DNA from: Dehalococcoidia bacterium
Lineage (GTDB): Bacteria > Chloroflexota > Dehalococcoidia > Lucifugimonadales > UBA3495
NCBI GenBank assembly: GCA_965237745.1
Contig: OZ250156.1
Location: 95,596 to 159,595, forward strand
Direction: 5' to 3'
Length of the DNA stretch: 64,000 nucleotides
Part shown: one piece after another, positions 7,886-16,515 of the stretch
Position numbering within the stretch: position 1 is the stretch's first letter
Layout of the letters: every line of letters begins with the position of its first letter
Program-made: the position numbers and the translations under genes
The notes under the pieces: model-generated
What the model was told of the DNA's origin: nothing
The model's input: the letters and a program-made list of their open reading frames with translations, nothing else
The model's database searches: none

Positions 7886-9781
7886 CTATCGCAACACACG
7901 TTCGTCGCCGTTGCGGCGGGTAATCTGCTCCTGGTCCATTCGCTCCAGCAACGGCAGAATGTACTTGCGGCTGGTGTTGAACAGAGTCCGAGCCTCTGCC
8001 ACCGTGATGTTACCGTGCTCCCGCAGGTGCTCCACGATGCGTCCGGTCATATCCCGGTACGCCGTGGCGGTGAACACCACCGAGTCGCCTACTCGGACCA
8101 CCTTGCCTTGCTCCACCAACGCACCGAGCAGTTCGGCTTCCAGCGGCTGGTCAGTCGGTGGCGAATATGGTTCCTGCTCCAGTGACTGCAGGTATCGTGT
8201 GGCCTGCTGCTCCATCCGCGGGGTGAACTGTACTTCGTGTCCGGGCAGCCGCACTGCCTGGCCGTCTTCTACCACGAACCCCTCTTCGCTCAGACGCGCC
8301 AAGGCCCGCAGGTACACCGGCTGCGTCAGCCCCAACCGGCTGCGAATCTCCTGGGCAGGCGCGCCCTTTCGCAGCGGGTACTGATCGTGATACGACCGCA
8401 ATGCGCCGGCCATTCTGCCCTTGAGGGTTCCCCATCCCAGAGCCGAATAAACCACTGCGTCGCTGTCGCTGGCTAGGTCACCCAAGGCCACCAAGTCACC
8501 CTCATCCGCTAGGCCTACCGCCCGCTCCAAGGCTTCCTCCACGGGCAAATTGGCGCGTCGAGAGAGGTCGGTCAGGCCACACGGCCCCCACTGCTCTGCT
8601 ACGGTGACGATCACATCTTCGTCGGCCCCTTCGTCCAGCAGCATCAGCCGTTCCGACACGTCAGCATCGAAACGGCGGTGGCGGCGTCGAGGGTTGGGGT
8701 CCACCACCTGCCCGCCGCCCAAGGTGCTTTCCGACGAACGCACCACGAAGTAGTCTCCCTTGACTACTGGTAGCGACTCAGACAGCAGCAGTTGCACCCA
8801 CCCCTCGGCCCCGGCCCCCAACTCCTCGGCGTCCAGCAGACGCACCCGGGCCGGCGACTCGCTGGTGAAGAGGTAGAAGGTAACACCCTCGTTGTGTTTC
8901 AGGGGGTGGGGTGCGTCGTTCACCATCCGCACGCGGACGTCCAGCCTCCGCGCCGGACGCAGCCAGCCCGGTGAGGTCAGAATTTCGCCCCGTTGTATGT
9001 CGTCTCGGGAGATACCCGACAAGTTAACCGCCAGCCGCACGCCAGGCTCGGCACTGCTCACCTTTGTTTTGTGGCTCTGCAGCCCTCGAATTCTGGCCCG
9101 CTGCTGCGATCCAGCCAGTTCGATTTCCTGGCCCACTGCCAGCGAACCATCAATGAGAGTTCCGGTGACCACCGTGCCAAAGCCGGAAATGGTGAAACAG
9201 CGGTCGATGGGGAGGCGGGGCCGGCCCAGGTCTCGTCTCATCTCCGTGTCGTCCAGGATCTGGTCGATCATTCCCCGGAGTTCGTCCAGCCCCGAGCCTG
9301 TGTAGGCCGATACCCCTACCATGGGGCAGCCCTCAAAGGATGTGCCCTGCAGCGTGTCCTCCACCTCGGCCTTGACCAGCTCAACCAGCTCTTCGTCAAC
9401 GAGGTCGGTCTTGGTCACCACCACCATCCCCCTGGTTACCTGAAGGATATCGAGGATGGCAAGATGCTCGCGGGTCTGGGGCATCACGCTTTCGTCAGCG
9501 GCCACAATGAGCAGGGCCAGGTCGATGCCGCCCACGCCGGCCAGCATGTTCTTGATAAAGCGCTCGTGGCCGGGCACGTCGACGATGCTGACCTCGCGGC
9601 CACTGGGCAGCGTCATCCAAGCGAAACCCAGATCGACCGTCATCTCCCGCTCCTTCTCCTCCGGGAGCCGGTCGGGGTCGATGCTGGTCAGCGCCTTGAC
9701 CAACGTGGACTTGCCATGGTCAACGTGTCCCGCAGTGCCGATAACGTACATAGCAGCTCTAACTAGCTCCCGCGCCGTCAA
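7886..9781 (-). CDS. selB: selenocysteine-specific translation elongation factor SelB
   Basis: GTPase motifs GTAGHVDHGKSTL, DVPGHERF and TKTD, followed by a long winged-helix-type C-terminal extension. About 620-630 aa. The true start is probably the ATG at 9751 (MYVIGTAGH). Confidence 0.8.
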   Translation of the reverse strand: MTARELVRAAMYVIGTAGHVDHGKSTLVKALTSIDPDRLPEEKEREMTVDLGFAWMTLPSGREVSIVDVPGHERFIKNMLAGVGGIDLALLIVAADESVMPQTREHLAILDILQVTRGMVVVTKTDLVDEELVELVKAEVEDTLQGTSFEGCPMVGVSAYTGSGLDELRGMIDQILDDTEMRRDLGRPRLPIDRCFTISGFGTVVTGTLIDGSLAVGQEIELAGSQQRARIRGLQSHKTKVSSAEPGVRLAVNLSGISRDDIQRGEILTSPGWLRPARRLDVRVRMVNDAPHPLKHNEGVTFYLFTSESPARVRLLDAEELGAGAEGWVQLLLSESLPVVKGDYFVVRSSESTLGGGQVVDPNPRRRHRRFDADVSERLMLLDEGADEDVIVTVAEQWGPCGLTDLSRRANLPVEEALERAVGLADEGDLVALGDLASDSDAVVYSALGWGTLKGRMAGALRSYHDQYPLRKGAPAQEIRSRLGLTQPVYLRALARLSEEGFVVEDGQAVRLPGHEVQFTPRMEQQATRYLQSLEQEPYSPPTDQPLEAELLGALVEQGKVVRVGDSVVFTATAYRDMTGRIVEHLREHGNITVAEARTLFNTSRKYILPLLERMDQEQITRRNGDERVLR

Positions 9782-9869
9782 CGTATTTCAGATAATGACC
9801 GTCCGATGGGCCCTCCGAAGCCAAGGAGTGACTTTCGGAAATGGGCGGGACACGGCCCAGCACACCCGT

Positions 9870-10106
9870 TCAATCCAGATTCCATTTCCAGTATCTCTTA
9901 AACTTGTACTCGCCCTCATCTAGCGGGGGGACATCACTGGCGTTTAGGTCTTCCAATGCAGCAGTAAAGCCCGTCTGAAGAACGAACTCAACCATGTAGG
10001 CATTTCCATCGGCGAAAATATCCACAACCGTCCCCAAGTCACCTTTCTTCAAATGCGTACCTTCGAGATCCCTCGTCAGTGCGGCCGTATCAAATTCTTT
10101 TATCAT
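9870..10106 (-). CDS. DUF4926 domain protein (putative antitoxin partner)
   Basis: 78-aa ORF (MIKEFDTAALTRDLEGTHLKKGDLGTVVDIF...). Its ATG overlaps the stop of the upstream DUF6883-like frame (ATGA). Confidence 0.6.
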   Translation of the reverse strand: MIKEFDTAALTRDLEGTHLKKGDLGTVVDIFADGNAYMVEFVLQTGFTAALEDLNASDVPPLDEGEYKFKRYWKWNLD

Positions 10107-10458
10107 CCACTCCCACTGCCTGCTGGTTCTTGCGGGTATGCCGTTACCAACTTGGGAACGCTCTCACCGTGAGCAACAAACCAAGCCGTGAGAACCACCA
10201 AATCTCCTCCACGAGGAGGTTGAATCACGCCATATATAACATAGTTAAGCCCGTGTTGTGTCCGTACGACACCTGATGCCAGCTGACTCCGTGCAATCCC
10301 GACGATGTCCTCCCCATCACAGCGACATTGAGTTCGTCATACCCTCTTCTGCGAAATTCCTGTGCCTTGCCCCATCCATCCGGATGATTCACATTCAGCA
10401 GATAGTGGATAATCTTTGCCTCAGGAACGTATGCAAGATAACGATTGGGCAACTCCAT
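10103..10458 (-). pseudogene. DUF6883-like protein, frameshifted
   Basis: The N-terminal frame (MELPNRYLAYVPEAKIIHYLLNVNHPDGWGKAQEFRRRGY) stops at 10225. The family-like C-terminus (HGLNYVIYGVIQPPRGGDLVVLTAWFVAHGESVPKLVTAYP) continues in another frame to 10103. Confidence 0.55.
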
Positions 10459-10488
10459 CGCCCGAATATACCACGCCGCGAAGAGAGG

Positions 10489-11667
10489 TTACAGGAACCG
10501 CGTGAACACTTGGTTCGCGATCAGGTACGCCGACGGATCGAGCCGGATCGCCTTGCCCTCTCGGCGCAGCAGTCCCAGTCCCAACAAGTCTTCGATCTCT
10601 GCCCCGTAGCGGCCGGCAAGGTCGTGGCCGACTGCGGCGGAGGCTTTGGCCAGGTCCAGCCCGTCCAGCAGGCGCAGGCCAAGGAACATGGTCTCGGCGC
10701 AAGCCGTGTCCGGATCAATGCGCTCCCAGCCCTCCACCGTGCGGGCTTCGCGCAATTGCACCTCTCTCAAGGTGGCCCACCCGTCCGAGTTCTCCTCCGA
10801 CCAGACGGCCGCGCGGCTGGCGTACTCGCGCGGCGACAGCACCGTCCAGAACCGGTAGTCCCCCAGCCGGGAGTGCGCCCCTGGCCCCACCCCGAGGTAC
10901 GGCTCGTTGCGCCAGTAGATGAGATTGTGCTGGGACTCCCGCCCCGGCTGCGCCCAGTTGGAAATCTCGTAATGATGATAGCCCGGCGCAGCCAGAACGC
11001 GGCGGGCCATCGCGTACATATCGGCGGCCAGGTCCGGGTCCGGCTCGGGTATCTTGCCTTGGTCCGCCCACAATCGCATTGGAGTGCCCTCCTCCAGCGT
11101 CAGGGCGTAGAGGGATATATGCTCCGGCGACAGGGTGGCCAGCCTCCCAATCGTATCCTCCCAATGGGCGAGGCTCTGGTTGGGCAGGCCATACATCAGG
11201 TCGAGATTTATGTTATCGAACCCTGCTGTCCGGGCAGTTTGAAAGGCCGCAACGGCCCCATCGGCGCTGTGGCGTCTCCCCAGAAGATGCAAAAGGCCGT
11301 TGTCCAGGCTCTGCACACCGATACTCAGGCGGTTCACTCCCTGACGCAGCAGTGCGCAACATGCCGAGCCATCCAGGTCGCCCGGGTTGGCCTCAATGGT
11401 GATTTCGCCCCTTGGGTCGATCTCGAAAGCGCTGGAAGCCGCGTCCAGGATGGCAGCGATGTATCCGTCGGGCAGGTACGAAGGCGTACCACCGCCGAAA
11501 AAGACCGTCCGCACCGAAGGGTGTCTCAGGGCTTCTCCCCACAGACGCAACTCTCCGGTCACTGCCTCTAGGTAGCTCCCCATCTGCCCCTCGATTCCTT
11601 GGTAGGTGTTGAAATCGCAGTAGGGGCACTTGGTCTTGCAGAAGGGCACGTGAACGTAGAGCCCCAT
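10489..11667 (-). CDS. hemW: radical SAM heme chaperone HemW (coproporphyrinogen III oxidase-like)
   Basis: 392-aa ORF starting MGLYVHVPFCKTKCPYCDF (CxxxCxxC), with typical HemN/HemW length and layout. Confidence 0.8.
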   Translation of the reverse strand: MGLYVHVPFCKTKCPYCDFNTYQGIEGQMGSYLEAVTGELRLWGEALRHPSVRTVFFGGGTPSYLPDGYIAAILDAASSAFEIDPRGEITIEANPGDLDGSACCALLRQGVNRLSIGVQSLDNGLLHLLGRRHSADGAVAAFQTARTAGFDNINLDLMYGLPNQSLAHWEDTIGRLATLSPEHISLYALTLEEGTPMRLWADQGKIPEPDPDLAADMYAMARRVLAAPGYHHYEISNWAQPGRESQHNLIYWRNEPYLGVGPGAHSRLGDYRFWTVLSPREYASRAAVWSEENSDGWATLREVQLREARTVEGWERIDPDTACAETMFLGLRLLDGLDLAKASAAVGHDLAGRYGAEIEDLLGLGLLRREGKAIRLDPSAYLIANQVFTRFL

Positions 11668-11833
11668 CCCCGGCGCGGCGACAATATCGCTCCCATCGTG
11701 CCGCGGTTCGGACGCGGGATTGCAGAAGTTGGGACGGACAGAGGAGGTGGAGATAAGACAACTCCCGAGGGGATTAGCCGGCTATCGCCTCGGCCGCTGG
11801 ACATCCCGGACGACAGAGCCCCGGCAATGGTGT

Positions 11834-12211
11834 CTATTCATCTTGCTCGTCGATAATTCGGCTTGTGCCGTCAACTACGTTGTCCGGGTCCTTGTCTTCG
11901 GGACGGTCAGACGGTGGAATGACACCGTTGTGTTCGTCCACGACATCTTTGGGCGAAAGCTTGACCAGCAGCAACAGGGCCAAGGCAAGGAATATCAGAT
12001 CGTCAAACCGGCCCAGGATGGGCACAGAGTCCTTGATAAAGTCGATGGGCGAAACGGCGTACAGGATGGCCACCGGCAACAGCAGCCGGAGGAACAGCGG
12101 TACCCGCTTGTCGAAGGTGAGCCGCCACACCAGTCGCCCAAAACGTATCGCCGCAGGCAACAGTTTGGGCGCGAAAAACATGAGGATGGGGATGGCTATC
12201 CGGTAGAACAT
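11834..12211 (-). CDS. DUF1232 (YkvA-like) membrane protein
   Basis: 125-aa ORF with YAVSPIDFIKDSVPILGRFDDL, typical of DUF1232. Confidence 0.6.
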   Translation of the reverse strand: MFYRIAIPILMFFAPKLLPAAIRFGRLVWRLTFDKRVPLFLRLLLPVAILYAVSPIDFIKDSVPILGRFDDLIFLALALLLLVKLSPKDVVDEHNGVIPPSDRPEDKDPDNVVDGTSRIIDEQDE

Positions 12212-12302
12212 GACCTACCCCTCCGCGCTCCGCCGCTGCGTTCAATTATAGGGCAAGTTGTGTTAAGTTTGTACAATCCCCGGCAACGGCCCTGCAAGCG
12301 GG

Positions 12303-13736
12303 ATGGTCAGCGCCGGTTTGGAGCCATTATTGATGATTGATTACAGTTCTCTGAGAACTATAGATGACCTGCGAACCAGCGGTTACGTGGCGCGCCCCGT
12401 CCGCGAGGAAATACGCGACAACCTGATCAATCGTATCCGGACCGAGGAAATGGTCTTCCCCGGCATCATAGGATTCGATGAATCGGTGATCCCGCAGCTT
12501 GAGAACGCCATCCTGGCAGGTCAGGACGTGATCCTGCTGGGTGAAAGAGGACAGGCCAAATCGCGCCTGATTCGCGGACTGGTCGGCCTGCTGGATGAGT
12601 TCATCCCCAAGATCGCCGGCTGCGAAATCAACGACGATCCGTATCGTCCGATCTGCCAGGCCTGTCGCAACCGGGTGGCCGAGGACGGCGACTTCACGCC
12701 CATAGAGTGGCTGCCGCGAGAGGAGCGGTACTCCGAAAAGCTGGCCACTCCGGACATTTCCATTGCCGACCTCATCGGCGAGATCGATCCCATCAAGGTG
12801 GCGGAGGGCCATTATCTCTCCGACGAACTCGTCATTCACTACGGCCTCGTGCCACGTACCAATCGGGGTATCTTCTGCATCAACGAGCTGCCCGACTTGG
12901 CCGAGCGCATACAGGTGGGCCTGTTCAACCTGATGGAAGAACGGGACGTGCAGATCAAGGGGTATCGCATCCGGCTCCCACTCGATGTCTACGTGGTCTC
13001 GACCGCAAACCCGGAGGACTACACCAACCGCGGCCGTATCGTAACCCCCCTGAAGGACCGCTACGGTTCCCAGATTCACACCCACTATCCCCGCAATCTC
13101 AAGGACGAGATAGCCATCATGGAGCAGGAGCGCAACCACTTCCCCAACGAGGAAAGGCTGGTGGTCCCTGACTACATGAAACGCATCCTCGCAGAGATTA
13201 CGGCCCAAGCGAGGTTGAGCAGCGAGATCAACCAGCGCTCCGGCGTCAGCGTTCGGGTCTCCATCGCCAACTTCGAGACCTCCCTGTCCAACGCCGTGCG
13301 CCGCAGCATAATCAACAATGAGGAATGGGCATGCCCACGGGTCAGCGACCTTTCCTACATCGTCGCTTCCTTCGCGGGCAAAATAGAGTTGGAGACCTTC
13401 GAAGAGGGGCGCGAATCGCGTGTCACTGACGAGCTGACTCGTCGCGCTGTGCTGCGGATCTTCGGCTCAATGTTCGACCTGGACGAACTGGAGGACATCA
13501 TCATGTCCTTCGACCTGGGCCAGACAGCCCTCACAGGCAGCGAACAACCGGCCGCCGGGTACCCGGAGATCGTGGCGTCCATCGACGGGATGACGGGCGC
13601 GGTGTCGAAGCTGACCGATGGCGACCGTCGTCCCGAGGTGATAGCGGCGGCGGCCGAGTTCGTCCTTGAGGGTCTGCATCTCAGCCGGAGGCTCAACTGC
13701 GACCGCTCCGGCGACAGCTATCGCTACACTCGATAG
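12303..13736 (+). CDS. AAA+ ATPase, Mg-chelatase ChlI-like/sigma-54-interaction-type family
   Basis: Walker A variant LLGERGQAKS and Walker B CINELPDL. About 470 aa. The likely start is the ATG at 12333. No vWA partner gene is adjacent. Confidence 0.55.
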   Translation: MVSAGLEPLLMIDYSSLRTIDDLRTSGYVARPVREEIRDNLINRIRTEEMVFPGIIGFDESVIPQLENAILAGQDVILLGERGQAKSRLIRGLVGLLDEFIPKIAGCEINDDPYRPICQACRNRVAEDGDFTPIEWLPREERYSEKLATPDISIADLIGEIDPIKVAEGHYLSDELVIHYGLVPRTNRGIFCINELPDLAERIQVGLFNLMEERDVQIKGYRIRLPLDVYVVSTANPEDYTNRGRIVTPLKDRYGSQIHTHYPRNLKDEIAIMEQERNHFPNEERLVVPDYMKRILAEITAQARLSSEINQRSGVSVRVSIANFETSLSNAVRRSIINNEEWACPRVSDLSYIVASFAGKIELETFEEGRESRVTDELTRRAVLRIFGSMFDLDELEDIIMSFDLGQTALTGSEQPAAGYPEIVASIDGMTGAVSKLTDGDRRPEVIAAAAEFVLEGLHLSRRLNCDRSGDSYRYTR

Positions 13737-13836
13737 CCTCCCCTCGTCGTCGCCTGTTATCGCCCGTTGGCACCCGTCGTCGCCCATTGGCACCCATTGG
13801 CACCTGTTGCCGCACTGACAGCATCGCGGTCCGCCT

Positions 13837-14808
13837 CTAGGCGGTGAGTGCCAGTTCCAGTTGCCCGGCGCGATGCTTGGCGACGGTGCGCCGGCGCGGT
13901 GGCTCTTGGGCCAGGCTGAGTTCAAGTTGCCCCCGAATGGGCTTCGGAGCAGGGTCTCTTTGCCTACGGTCCAGGCCCCAGCGCCGCCGCTCGCGGTCGA
14001 CGATGGACAGCACGCTCTTGGTGTATTCCTCCGGGGCGTAGGTCTTGCGGTACAGCTTGGCGTAACCTCGCTCCAAGTGCGGGTAGGTCTCCCGCAGCAT
14101 GGGCATGAACCACTCCTTGGAGCCGGGTTTCAGGAACAGCACGTTGGAACCCAGGAACTGCGCGCCGTGATCGTGGGCGGCAGCGGCCACCGCCGCGATG
14201 TTCTCCTCGTGGTCGCTGATGCCCGGAAGCAGAGGCGCCATCATCACGCCGGCGTTTATGCCGTTCTCGACCAGGTGCTGCATCGCGTCCAAGCGGGCCT
14301 GCGGGCTGGGCGCGCCCGGCTCCGTGAGCTTCCATACCTCCTCGTCCACTGTGCCAATGCTGAAGTTGACACTGACCTCGGCAATCTCGCTCAACCGGCC
14401 CAGCAGGTCCGCATCACGCTTCACAAGCACTCCCTTGGTGGTTATGGAAGCCGGATTGGAGAAGTCGATCAGCACCTGCAAAACGCCGCGTGTCAGCTGA
14501 TATTCAGCCTCTGCTGGTTCGTAGGGGTCCGATGCGGTGCCGATGGCGATTGATTCGCCCCGCCAACTGGGGCGTTTCAGCTCTTGGCGCAGCACCTGCG
14601 GGGCGTTGACCTTGGCGAATACCCGCTGCTCAAAGTCTCGCCCGGCGTCCATACCCCAGAACTCGTGGGTGGGCCTGGCGTAGCAGTAGCTGCAGGCGTG
14701 GCGGCATCCCCGGTAGGGATTGAGCGTCCACCGGAAGGGGAAGGACGGGATGTCCAACCGGTTGAGGAGAGTCTTGCAGTGAATTTCCGTTACTTGAGCG
14801 CCTGCCAT
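13837..14808 (-). CDS. radical SAM protein, SplB-like (COG1533 DNA repair photolyase family)
   Basis: 323-aa ORF with NPYRGCRHACSYCYARP (CxxxCxxC) near the N-terminus. Confidence 0.75.
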   Translation of the reverse strand: MAGAQVTEIHCKTLLNRLDIPSFPFRWTLNPYRGCRHACSYCYARPTHEFWGMDAGRDFEQRVFAKVNAPQVLRQELKRPSWRGESIAIGTASDPYEPAEAEYQLTRGVLQVLIDFSNPASITTKGVLVKRDADLLGRLSEIAEVSVNFSIGTVDEEVWKLTEPGAPSPQARLDAMQHLVENGINAGVMMAPLLPGISDHEENIAAVAAAAHDHGAQFLGSNVLFLKPGSKEWFMPMLRETYPHLERGYAKLYRKTYAPEEYTKSVLSIVDRERRRWGLDRRQRDPAPKPIRGQLELSLAQEPPRRRTVAKHRAGQLELALTA

Positions 14809-14831
14809 GCTATTACCTCTTGGAAACTGGT

Positions 14832-14849
14832 GTTCGGAATATATGTTCT
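14832..14849 (-). promoter_or_regulatory. Cheo-box-like operator AGAACATATATTCCGAAC
   Basis: Immediately downstream of the -10 hexamer of the radical SAM gene. Nearly identical to the motif at 31817-31835. Matches GAAC-N4-GTTC with one G-to-A change. Confidence 0.5.
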
Positions 14850-14850
14850 T

Positions 14851-14879
14851 ATAATAGGAGACATAAACCAGCGTGTCAA
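14851..14879 (-). promoter_or_regulatory. sigma70-like promoter of the SplB-like gene
   Basis: Minus strand: TTGACA (14879-14874), 17 nt, TATTAT (14856-14851). Confidence 0.55.
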
Positions 14880-14947
14880 GTTGCCTGTGTCAGCAGGTAA
14901 CGTTTGGTTTAAGGCGGACGGGTTCGAGAACATCACCTTCCCGTGGC

Positions 14948-14976
14948 GTAGGGGCGGGTTTCAAACCCGCCCCTAC
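14948..14976. repeat. palindromic GC hairpin repeat GTAGGGGCGGGTTTCAAACCCGCCCCTAC
   Basis: Perfect 14-bp arms. A second copy lies at 24569-24599. It generates the RGGFETRPY peptide seen in several shadow ORFs. Confidence 0.85.
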
Positions 14977-15110
14977 TGGGTGTAAACCACCTTAACCGGA
15001 ACGCTACCGCGTCAACACTGGATACGTAACATTGGAAATGGGAGAAAGCGATCTTAGCGGGCGGCGACGAAAAGAGTCCGGCATCCCATTGGAGACACCG
15101 GACCTTGTGG

Positions 15111-15848
15111 TTAGCTGGAGGTTGTGAGCACCCGCTCACGTTGGGTGGGCCGAATTGGCGAGGCGGGTATCGCCAAGTTGGTGCCCTTGACTAGGAAGAT
15201 TACCTGTTCGGCGATATTGGTGGCGCGGTCGGCAATCCGTTCCAGGTCGTGGGCCACCCAGATCAGGTAGGTGGCGCGCTGGATGGTGTCCGGGTCGTTG
15301 ATCATGTATTCCAGCAGGTCGTGGTAGACCCGGTCGTATAGGTCGTCAACCTCGTCATCGGCCTCGCACACCGCTTCGGCCTTGTCAGTGTCGCGGTTCA
15401 GCAGCGCCTCAATGCTGTCGTGCAGCATATCCGTCGCTTTCTGGGCCATCAAGGGGATGTCAATAAGGGGCTTCAGGGTTTGCTCGTCGCCAATGGACAG
15501 GCTGATTTTGCCAATGCCCTCGGCGTAGTCGCCCATGCGCTCCAACTCGACGCCGATATGGAGCAACGCGATGATGGACCGCAGGTCACGCGCGACCGGC
15601 TGCTGAGTGGCTATGAGGTCGATGCAGCGGGACTCGATTTCGGACTGCTTCAGGTCGATGTAGTCGTCGTCCTCGATGACCTGCCGGGATACGACTAGGT
15701 CCCGATTCTTGAGCGCGTCCACCGCTCGGTGGACAGCCTCACCGACGTAGTAGGCCAGTCCCTCGACTTCCGCTTCCAGACCGACCAGCTTGAGGTCGAA
15801 TTCTTCCCGGCGAGTGCGTGCGGGCATGGCCTTACTCCACCGGCACAA
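15111..15848 (-). CDS. phoU: phosphate signalling complex protein PhoU
   Basis: Two PhoU repeats with ELERMGDYAE and DLERIADRATN. The likely start is at 15827 (MPARTRREEF). Confidence 0.8.
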   Translation of the reverse strand: MCRWSKAMPARTRREEFDLKLVGLEAEVEGLAYYVGEAVHRAVDALKNRDLVVSRQVIEDDDYIDLKQSEIESRCIDLIATQQPVARDLRSIIALLHIGVELERMGDYAEGIGKISLSIGDEQTLKPLIDIPLMAQKATDMLHDSIEALLNRDTDKAEAVCEADDEVDDLYDRVYHDLLEYMINDPDTIQRATYLIWVAHDLERIADRATNIAEQVIFLVKGTNLAIPASPIRPTQRERVLTTSS

Positions 15849-15875
15849 ATCCCGGTAGCCCGCCCGCTATATCTA

Positions 15876-16340
15876 CTAAACTCGAGTCCAGAAGGGGGGC
15901 CGCTGGCGCTGCGCCTCTAACAAAGTCTCGTCCAAAAGTTCGAGTTTTACCCCTGGAACAGGAGGCAATGGCATATTATATCCTATGGCGTCAAATACTG
16001 TCAAATCTGTGTAGTAGCCGTTGTAGACCTGCAGCACCAATTGGCTGAAGAAGTTTGTGTGGGACGTCTCCACGGTCCGCAGCGATTCGTCCTTCGCCTC
16101 GTCGACCAGCGCGGCGAAACCATCGGCCCCGCGCTCGGCGGCGGCAATTTCTATGGCCGCGAGACCCTGCATGAACAGCCGGATGAGGCCCGGCTCTCCG
16201 ACGGCCACGGACTCCACGAAGTCCCCGATACCCACCGCCCCGGCGCCGGGACGGTTACCCTCCGTCGGGATAATGCGGTCCAGCACGGCATCCAGCAGTT
16301 CGCGCTGGGACGGCGAGAATACTTGGCGGGATGTGCTCAT
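15876..16340 (-). CDS. gluconate 2-dehydrogenase subunit 3-like family protein
   Basis: 154-aa ORF. The N-terminus FSPSQRELLDAVLDRIIP resembles this family. No GMC oxidoreductase partner is adjacent. Confidence 0.45.
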   Translation of the reverse strand: MSTSRQVFSPSQRELLDAVLDRIIPTEGNRPGAGAVGIGDFVESVAVGEPGLIRLFMQGLAAIEIAAAERGADGFAALVDEAKDESLRTVETSHTNFFSQLVLQVYNGYYTDLTVFDAIGYNMPLPPVPGVKLELLDETLLEAQRQRPPFWTRV

Positions 16341-16515
16341 GTTTTCCTGTTTCCTTGTTTTGAGATTCTCATACGGTCCCGGTAGGGACGGATTCTCCCC
16401 ATAGGGGCCGCGGCCGTACGCCCTGCATGCCGGTCCCGGAATTATTCCGGAGTGCTCCAGAACAGGGAGCTCGGTTGTACGTCCTTGGGGACATGGCTGT
16501 ATGCGAATATCAACG

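Noticed and set aside
9782-9869. Hairpin CCGAAGCCAAGGAGTGACTTTCGG upstream of selB as a possible regulatory RNA or tRNA-like element
   Set aside because: It is a single short stem with no further conserved features. It is more likely part of an ordinary 5' untranslated or promoter region.
13745-13805. Short imperfect repeats (CGTCGTCGCC…TTGGCACC, two or three units) between the convergent AAA+ and radical SAM genes
   Set aside because: They are too short and degenerate to assign. They are most simply low-complexity intergenic sequence.
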